A stretch of 47,497 bases of DNA. Origin: a virus (lineage: Duplodnaviria > Caudoviricetes). The stretch is taken from positions 1 through 47,497 of the IMG/VR virus record IMGVR_UViG_3300044630_006637, one strand, 5' to 3'. Each line of letters begins with the position of its first letter. Position 1 is the first letter of the stretch. The translations under genes and the position numbers were made by a program. Positions 41,229 through 47,497 of this stretch are shown here, in pieces. The notes under the pieces were generated by a model, which was given only the letters and a program-made list of their open reading frames with translations, was not told where the DNA came from and did not search any database.

Positions 41229-42107
41229 ATGAGTATTAAAGATTTTAAAGTAGAAAGTGGCATTGTAATTGACAATGTCAAAATAGATCTTAGTTCTAAT
41301 GTTTCTTCAGGCGGAGTTGTTTTTTCATCTTCTAGTGGTTCATACGTTTCGTCTGATGGAAATATACCTGTAGGCGTAGTAAGGATGTGGGCAAGCGGTT
41401 CCACAAGCCCAACTGTGCCAGATGACTATCTTATATGCGATGGAAGACAAGACTTAAGTCAGACAACTTATGCAAGACTTTACGCAGTAATCGGAAATAG
41501 ATTTACTGTTTCTCCAAACGGATCTACTTTTGGGCTGCCGTCTTTTAACAGTTCTGGGAAATCATACCCAGTTGTTTTAGGAATTGATGACGCAAATGAT
41601 GTTGCAAATGCCGGTGTTTTTCTTCAAACAGCAACAACTAATACCGCAGCTACTGGAGCTAATGCTACAACTAGTCACGAGCATACTGCAGGAAACAGCT
41701 TTGTTGCAAACTCTACGACAAGCTCAAACTTAGCGCATGCTCATAACGGACTTTCTGCTACTGATAACCATAACCATTCTTTTGACCAAGTTAACGCAAC
41801 TTCTGGTGGCGGCCATACGCACAACACAAGTAACGCAAACTTAGCACATGCTCATAACTATCTCTCAGGAAGCGGAAACTTTGTAGAAAGCAGCGGCATT
41901 AACGCCAATCACACTCACGGCACAAGTCAGGCAACTACCAATCATGCGCACAACTCCAATTCTGGCTCGCATACGCATGGATCAAACGTTCCGTCTACAA
42001 ATTCAAGGCATTCTCACTCTTTTCAAGCAACACTAGCCGCCCAAAGCGTTTCTCATTCTCATAGTATTAACACTTCTGGTTTTTACTTTATTATTAGGTT
42101 TCAATAA
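41229..42107 (+). CDS. tail collar domain protein with His-x-His needle (paralog 2)
   Basis: PVGVVRMW...PDDYLICDG...FGLPS; repeated HxH; ends YFIIRF. Confidence 0.85.
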   Translation: MSIKDFKVESGIVIDNVKIDLSSNVSSGGVVFSSSSGSYVSSDGNIPVGVVRMWASGSTSPTVPDDYLICDGRQDLSQTTYARLYAVIGNRFTVSPNGSTFGLPSFNSSGKSYPVVLGIDDANDVANAGVFLQTATTNTAATGANATTSHEHTAGNSFVANSTTSSNLAHAHNGLSATDNHNHSFDQVNATSGGGHTHNTSNANLAHAHNYLSGSGNFVESSGINANHTHGTSQATTNHAHNSNSGSHTHGSNVPSTNSRHSHSFQATLAAQSVSHSHSINTSGFYFIIRFQ

Positions 42108-42108
42108 A

Positions 42109-42912
42109 ATGAGCGAAAAAGATTTTAAAGTATCCGCTGACGCGAACGTAGATTCATATACTATTGCACCAGCGGGCGCCGTTGACGGACAATCACTTGT
42201 CTACGACGGAACTTCTTATGAACCGTATGACATTGTACCAGTTGGTAGCATTGAAATGTGGGCAGGAACTACTACTCCGCCGCACGGATGGCTTCTTTGC
42301 GATGGCACTTCATATTCATGGAGCACGTACACAAGACTTCGAGATGTGATTGGCACTTCGTACGGAGGGTCGATTAACACAAGCTGGAACGTGCCAGATC
42401 TAACATCCTCTACCTCATTTGTTACTCCTGTTGGACGAGCAGCTGGAAGCTCGCTTGGCAATACTACAGTACTATTTGCTTCAGCTTCAACTTCGCATGT
42501 GCATAACTATACGTCTTCAACGTATGGCAGCAACGGGACAACGCAGCAAGATCATAGTCACAATACTGGAAATGCAAATAACCATAACCATCAACTTGTA
42601 GCTACTTCTTGGAACCACAGTCATAACACAGGCGGGCCAAGTAATACGCATCAGCATAACTACTTGCGTGGCAATACGTCAAATGCTACAAATAACGTTG
42701 GACATGGTACACACCCGGTAACTAATGACGCGCACAACCATAAACATAACTTAGGCGCAGTATCACATTCTCATAGTCATTTTTTTGATACGTATACGCC
42801 TAACGCGCACAGTCATAACTGGAACATGGTCAGCATTGCAAGTACATCCGCCGGCGCAAATCATACGCATACTGTAAATAAGCAATCAATTTACTTTATT
42901 ATTAAGTACTAA
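42109..42912 (+). CDS. tail collar domain protein with His-x-His needle (paralog 3)
   Basis: PVGSIEMW...PHGWLLCDG...WNVPDL; repeated HxH; ends YFIIKY. Confidence 0.85.
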   Translation: MSEKDFKVSADANVDSYTIAPAGAVDGQSLVYDGTSYEPYDIVPVGSIEMWAGTTTPPHGWLLCDGTSYSWSTYTRLRDVIGTSYGGSINTSWNVPDLTSSTSFVTPVGRAAGSSLGNTTVLFASASTSHVHNYTSSTYGSNGTTQQDHSHNTGNANNHNHQLVATSWNHSHNTGGPSNTHQHNYLRGNTSNATNNVGHGTHPVTNDAHNHKHNLGAVSHSHSHFFDTYTPNAHSHNWNMVSIASTSAGANHTHTVNKQSIYFIIKY

Positions 42913-42928
42913 GAAAGAGAGACAGACT

Positions 42929-43702
42929 ATGGAAGAGTACATTCCCAGCTGGGATGAAGATCGCAATCTTTTACGGCATGAGCCATCACATAACTACGGC
43001 GTAGGACAGCTTTATAAACTGCCAGGGTCTGGCGCAGACACGCAAGGATACTTTGCTTTTATTAGAGCTTTATACAATCATCGCTTTTACGAAGAAGACG
43101 TTAGTCACATTGCTGATGACGACCAAAAACTATCAGTAAGATGCGATGCTTCTGCGCCAAAAGCAATGCCAATGCCGACTGCACTTCATGAGGAAGACGA
43201 AGAAACGGGTCTTTGCGCATTTTGCGGAAGTAGCGATCCAATTTATGGAACAACAAATAGTCACTATGCATCTTTAAGTAATTCAACAACTTTAAGAATA
43301 CCTTTTCATGGTTACAAAGGGTTTATTGCGTATTTAGAGCTCAATGACTCAGAAATTGAAGAAACTGAAGTATATACAAACCCAAATGTCACAAGAACTC
43401 TTCAAGAGTTGTTTAAGCTCATGCTTGAGTGGGAATGGGTATATTTGAACTTAGACTCAGAAGATACCTGTGCAAAACTTTGCTATGAAATGCTACAAGA
43501 AATGCAAGTTCCGGAAAGTATTAGAGACTGGGTATGGAATGAATTGCCAGATATGCATGTTGCTAAGTTCTTAAAAGGGGACTTAGACGCACGAGCTAGA
43601 CCTAACACTTCTACTATTCCAGACATGCACCCAGACTTTGAAGCCTGGTGCTGGTATCAAGTAGCGCGTGCACCGCAGCTTTGGAAGTACGGATCACGAT
43701 GA
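42929..43702 (+). CDS. hypothetical protein, tandem paralog A
   Basis: Shares YK.PG...GYFAFI, RCDA.APK..P.PTALHE.DE.TG.C..CGS.DP and TLQELF.LMLEWEW with the next gene. Confidence 0.85.
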   Translation: MEEYIPSWDEDRNLLRHEPSHNYGVGQLYKLPGSGADTQGYFAFIRALYNHRFYEEDVSHIADDDQKLSVRCDASAPKAMPMPTALHEEDEETGLCAFCGSSDPIYGTTNSHYASLSNSTTLRIPFHGYKGFIAYLELNDSEIEETEVYTNPNVTRTLQELFKLMLEWEWVYLNLDSEDTCAKLCYEMLQEMQVPESIRDWVWNELPDMHVAKFLKGDLDARARPNTSTIPDMHPDFEAWCWYQVARAPQLWKYGSR

Positions 43703-44445
43703 CAAATAGATCGTACTTGCGCGACGAGCCTAAAGGCGTAGAACAGTTTGGTGTTTACTACAAAGTACCTGGAACAAAAGAAGATGAGCGCGGCTATTTT
43801 GCTTTTATTAAATCTGTTTATGACTACGAGTTTAAGCCAGAAATAGTTGACCTTGAAGGCGTAAGTGCTTCAATGACTCCCAGATGCGACGCACAAGCAC
43901 CAAAAAATAAACCAAAGCCTACGGCACTTCATGAAACCGATGAGGCAACAGGAGTGTGCTTGCTTTGTGGAAGCGCCGACCCAGTTTACCCCACAACGAA
44001 TAGTCACGTTGCTTCTCTAAACAATACAAGAGTTCTTCGTCTACCAATTCAAGGCTACAGTGGTTTTATTGTCTACTTACGCTTAAATAGCAAAGAGCTT
44101 GAAGATCAAGATTTTCATTATTCTGAAAACTTAGGCAAAACTTTACAAGAGCTGTTTCGTCTCATGCTTGAGTGGGAATGGTGCTATCTAGAACTTGAGT
44201 GCCGAGACACTTACTCGACTCTTGCATATGAAATTCTTCAAGAACTAGAAATGCCAGATTCAATAAGAAACTGGCTTTGGGATGAAGTACCAGAGCAACG
44301 AGTTGCAAAGTTCTTAAAAGGCGACCAAAGTGCAAGAGAACGTTCAGACATTTCAATAATTCCTGACATGAGTCTTGATTTTGATGCCTGGTGCTGGTAC
44401 AATATTGTAGGTAAGCCAGCGCTATGGGAGCATGGGGCTAGATAA
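43699..44445 (+). CDS. hypothetical protein, tandem paralog B
   Basis: ATGA overlap at 43699 (MTNRSY); aligns along its whole length with paralog A. Confidence 0.85.
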   Translation: MTNRSYLRDEPKGVEQFGVYYKVPGTKEDERGYFAFIKSVYDYEFKPEIVDLEGVSASMTPRCDAQAPKNKPKPTALHETDEATGVCLLCGSADPVYPTTNSHVASLNNTRVLRLPIQGYSGFIVYLRLNSKELEDQDFHYSENLGKTLQELFRLMLEWEWCYLELECRDTYSTLAYEILQELEMPDSIRNWLWDEVPEQRVAKFLKGDQSARERSDISIIPDMSLDFDAWCWYNIVGKPALWEHGAR

Positions 44446-44464
44446 AAAGACCTAAGGAAAACAA

Positions 44465-45082
44465 ATGAGCATTACAGCAGAGCAAGTATCTGATGCAATT
44501 TGGGTGTATCACAATGCGCTTAGCGACGAACTGTGCGACGGTATATGGGACTTCTACTACTCCAATATAGACTGTGCTACTGAAGGTAAAACTTCCGGTG
44601 GCTTTTACCCTGACACAAAAAAGACTCTTGATTTTGCGCAAACTGCCAGCACTTTTTCCGAAGAACAAAAACAAACGTACAACGAGTTCGATAGAAAAAT
44701 TTATGAATCGATGAAAGTCGCAGTTTCTATGTATGTAGAAGAGTACGACTGGATAAAAAAGTGCCCAAACTTAATTGACACCGGTTATCTATGGCAAGGT
44801 TACAAAAAAGGTGAAGGCTACTACCGAGAGCACATTGATGGTGAGTGCTGGTCACCGCACGTTGCTGATCGAGTTCTTGCAATAGTTGCATATGTAAATA
44901 CTGTTGAAGAAGGCGGAGAGACGTATTTTAGACACCAAGACGTCAGTGTTAAACCAACTAAAGGTTCTGTTGCTATTTTCCCAACGCACTGGTCCTATCC
45001 TCACCAAGCAATGGTTCCGATGTCTAGCGATAAACTTATTCTTAGCTCATTCGTAGTGTACGCAGATTATTCTAACTCTTGA
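44465..45082 (+). CDS. 2OG-Fe(II) oxygenase (prolyl-4-hydroxylase-like)
   Basis: Y..G.GYY..HID, R.LAIVAYVN....GGET.F, FP..W.YPH...P.S..K. Confidence 0.9.
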   Translation: MSITAEQVSDAIWVYHNALSDELCDGIWDFYYSNIDCATEGKTSGGFYPDTKKTLDFAQTASTFSEEQKQTYNEFDRKIYESMKVAVSMYVEEYDWIKKCPNLIDTGYLWQGYKKGEGYYREHIDGECWSPHVADRVLAIVAYVNTVEEGGETYFRHQDVSVKPTKGSVAIFPTHWSYPHQAMVPMSSDKLILSSFVVYADYSNS

Positions 45083-45096
45083 TTGGTAACATACAA

Positions 45097-45720
45097 ATGA
45101 ATAAGATTATCCAAAAATTTTCAGGCGATCTCTTGATTGTCGTTATGCTCGGCTTAGTGTCGACCACCGCTGCATGGACAGCGATTCAATCCTCTCTACA
45201 CGGAGGTCGGTCTGCAGACGCTAACTCTGAATATCAACTGAGTCTGTCAGAGGCAGACAGAATGTGGATTACTTCAGAAGTCAAATACCGAGATGACCTA
45301 ACTGTGTGGAAAGACAAGCAAGTTCGCGTTTTTCTGGAAGGAATGGATAAAAATGATTTCTTCACTGATGTAAAAACAATGAGCGGTTCTGCTGAATTGT
45401 ATGAATTTGCTATGCCGTGCTTTATTGAAGATCCCAGAAAACAGTTGCCAGAATGCAAGCCTTATATGGATGCTCTATATGAGCCGTACAACAAGCAGTT
45501 TGAAGGTAGTAAGTACTGGATAGATTTATCAAACACTGAAGGCGGATACAGCAATCAGCTGCAAATGCTTACAGGGCTATTCGCTGTTGCCTTGTTTCTT
45601 TTAGGTATCACTGCCGTTATGAAAATTAAGAACCTTGTTGCCTACTTGGTTATGTTTTCTATTGCCCTCTGGCTAATTGGGGTTGTGGTTTTAATCAAAA
45701 TTCCAACCATATTCTCGTAG
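45097..45720 (+). CDS. three-TM membrane protein (DUF4337-like topology)
   Basis: N-terminal TM (LGLVSTTAAWTAIQSSLHGG), extracellular loop, two C-terminal TMs. Confidence 0.7.
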   Translation: MNKIIQKFSGDLLIVVMLGLVSTTAAWTAIQSSLHGGRSADANSEYQLSLSEADRMWITSEVKYRDDLTVWKDKQVRVFLEGMDKNDFFTDVKTMSGSAELYEFAMPCFIEDPRKQLPECKPYMDALYEPYNKQFEGSKYWIDLSNTEGGYSNQLQMLTGLFAVALFLLGITAVMKIKNLVAYLVMFSIALWLIGVVVLIKIPTIFS

Positions 45721-45729
45721 CATCTAACC

Positions 45730-46791
45730 ATGAGATTTCACGTAGTTTCACTACCACACACGAATACAACTGAAGCTTTTACCGCATGTGCATACACGGA
45801 AAAGGTGCGTAAGTTTTGCATCATGATGAAAAATCTTGGTCACACCGTGTATCTGTATGCAGGCGAATATAATGAAGCACCTTGCGATGAGCACATCATG
45901 TGCATTACTGAAGAACAGCGTTTAGAAGCTGTCGGCGCTAACCATTACTCGGCAGCATCTTTTGACTGGAATTTGTCGCACTGGCAGACATTCAATAACA
46001 ACGTCATAAAAGAAATAGACAAGCGTCTCGAGCATCAAGACTTTATCTGCCTCATTACAGGCTATGCTTCTAAGCCAATTGCTGATGCTTTTCCTCAAGA
46101 GCTAAGCGTAGAGTTTGGCATTGGGTACGGCGGCTCATTCGCAAAATACAAAGTCTTTGAATCTTACGCATGGATGCACTCATGCTACGGCTCAAAAGTT
46201 ACAGACCCGCATGCTCTTGATGGCAAGTTTTACGATGCTGTTATTCCAAGCTATATTGACGTTAAAGACTTTCCTTTGCAAGAAACGCCTGACGATTACT
46301 ATTTATACATTGGCAGACTGATTGAGCGTAAAGGCTACCAAATTGCAGTCGATGTGTGTAAAAGTATGGGCAAGCGATTAGTAATTGCAGGACAAGGCAC
46401 TCCTCCAGAGTACGGCGAGTACGTCGGTGTAGTAGGTACTAAAGAGCGCGCAAAGCTTATGGGTGGCGCAATTGCGACATTTACACCGACTATCTATGTT
46501 GAACCGTTTGGTACCGTAGCTATTGAAGCAATGGCTTGTGGCTCGCCAGTCATATCAACTGACTGGGGCGCATTTACTGAAACCGTCATTGACGGTGTTA
46601 CGGGATTTCGCTGCCATACACTTCAAGAATTTATAGACGCCGCGCAAAAAGCAGAAAATCTTGACCGCAAAGCTATTCACGAATATTCTACGCAAAGATA
46701 CGGTTTAGATACCGTTGCTTTGATGTATGATAAATACTTCAAACGACTTCTTACTCTATGGGGTAAGGGTTGGTACGAACTTACACAATAG
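45730..46791 (+). CDS. glycosyltransferase family 4 (GT-B)
   Basis: LYIGRLIERKG, IAGQG, EPFGTVAIEAMACGSPVI..D.GAFTETV..G.TGF. Confidence 0.92.
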   Translation: MRFHVVSLPHTNTTEAFTACAYTEKVRKFCIMMKNLGHTVYLYAGEYNEAPCDEHIMCITEEQRLEAVGANHYSAASFDWNLSHWQTFNNNVIKEIDKRLEHQDFICLITGYASKPIADAFPQELSVEFGIGYGGSFAKYKVFESYAWMHSCYGSKVTDPHALDGKFYDAVIPSYIDVKDFPLQETPDDYYLYIGRLIERKGYQIAVDVCKSMGKRLVIAGQGTPPEYGEYVGVVGTKERAKLMGGAIATFTPTIYVEPFGTVAIEAMACGSPVISTDWGAFTETVIDGVTGFRCHTLQEFIDAAQKAENLDRKAIHEYSTQRYGLDTVALMYDKYFKRLLTLWGKGWYELTQ

Positions 46792-46809
46792 ATAAAGGAA
46801 ACATACACA

Positions 46810-46956
46810 ATGGACATTGAAGCACAAGCCCTGATCGAAGAGCTACTGGAAATCAATAAGCAGCAAACTCTTCAAATTGCAATGCTAAAAGCAATGATTA
46901 AAAATCTTCAGGCTGATCGTCAGCCGTCTCTTGAAGATACTCAACTTTCTCAGTAA
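46810..46956 (+). CDS. 48-aa coiled-coil peptide
   Basis: AAAGGA RBS; MDIEAQALIEELLEINKQQTLQIAMLKAMIKNLQ...; overlaps the 3' end of the convergent whiB. Confidence 0.5.
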   Translation: MDIEAQALIEELLEINKQQTLQIAMLKAMIKNLQADRQPSLEDTQLSQ

Positions 46957-47434
46957 CTTTAGAAGAAGACTTAGGTTTTTTCTTTGCAGCCTTAGCAGCT
47001 TTGTACGCGTTAACCGCGTTTGCACTGGTTCTGCTTTTCCACTCGAACTCACACTCTGAGCATACTACATACTTAGCAGTTGTCCAGCGTCCGCCGTCTG
47101 GATCATCTCGCATTTCAACATCGAGTTTGATTGGACGTGCGCCACAGTATGGGCAATTAGGAAATCGCTGACGACGAATTTCTTGCCCTGTGTGAGAAAC
47201 CGACAGCGCGCGACGAATTTCAGCTTCGTCTTTTCCACCCCAGATTCCCCAAATCTGTTTATTATCAAGCGCCCACTTGAGACACGTCTTTCTTACGGGG
47301 CAGCTAAAGCACAAGTTTCTTGCATCATATTTCTCACTTGGAACATTTGAAAAGAAATATGGCTTTAGCTTCTTATGTGCTGGCTTGCGGCACTCGGCAT
47401 CTTCGTGCCAGGACAGGTCTCCAAATTTAGACAC
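46898..47434 (-). CDS. whiB: WhiB family regulator fused to a C-terminal Zn ribbon
   Basis: W..DAEC...YFF...ARNLCFSCPVRKTC...GIWGG..E.E.R, then CPYC...CSEC and a basic tail. Confidence 0.9.
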   Translation of the reverse strand: MSKFGDLSWHEDAECRKPAHKKLKPYFFSNVPSEKYDARNLCFSCPVRKTCLKWALDNKQIWGIWGGKDEAEIRRALSVSHTGQEIRRQRFPNCPYCGARPIKLDVEMRDDPDGGRWTTAKYVVCSECEFEWKSRTSANAVNAYKAAKAAKKKPKSSSKVTEKVEYLQETADDQPEDF

Positions 47435-47497
47435 TAAAAATGACCCAGGTAACTTCCAATACCTCGTCTACTTCGTCACCTTCGCGCGTCTCTCCAT
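47434..47497 (-). CDS. 3' end of a gene entering from beyond the window
   Basis: ...GETREGDEVDEVLEVTWVIF* whose stop abuts the whiB start. Confidence 0.45.

Noticed and set aside
40354-44445. Diversity-generating retroelement or shufflon acting on fibre tips
   Set aside because: No reverse transcriptase, no adenine-specific TR/VR pair and no inverted crossover sites were seen; the paralogs are all co-oriented and broadly diverged.

Overview
A 47.5 kb segment of a tailed dsDNA phage genome. The host is very probably an actinobacterium: there are three WhiB genes, DUF3039, an Rpf-type transglycosylase, an actinobacterial-type ferredoxin and many leaderless TANNNT promoters, and the Thr/Pro-stalk surface proteins hint at freshwater Acidimicrobiia (inference). 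Layout: (1) 1-4.9 kb, an array of small minus-strand genes, almost every one headed by a copy of a ~20-bp element (AAAACTAAAGTTGTTATAAT) that often also supplies the stop codon of the gene upstream; (2) 4.3-5.6 kb, a dense cluster of same-orientation CCGTCTGC..CAGGC DNA motifs running through a wHTH gene and a CHAP gene that lacks its catalytic Cys, next to a small-terminase-like gene, a histone H1-like gene, a holin and tRNA-Thr; (3) an ~800-bp non-coding, strand-skewed divergence point; (4) 10-26 kb, host-like accessory genes (PA14 and LPxTG-like surface proteins, ferredoxin, NrdJ, Nei, methyltransferases, M15 lysin, Rpf+SLT enzyme); (5) a serine recombinase, a primase-helicase and a metallophosphoesterase; (6) 31-47 kb, a virion fibre module (2114-aa collagen-like fibre, three His-rich tail-collar paralogs, two unknown paralogs, a 2OG-Fe(II) oxygenase, a GT4 glycosyltransferase). 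All calls come from motifs read by eye; no database searches were run.
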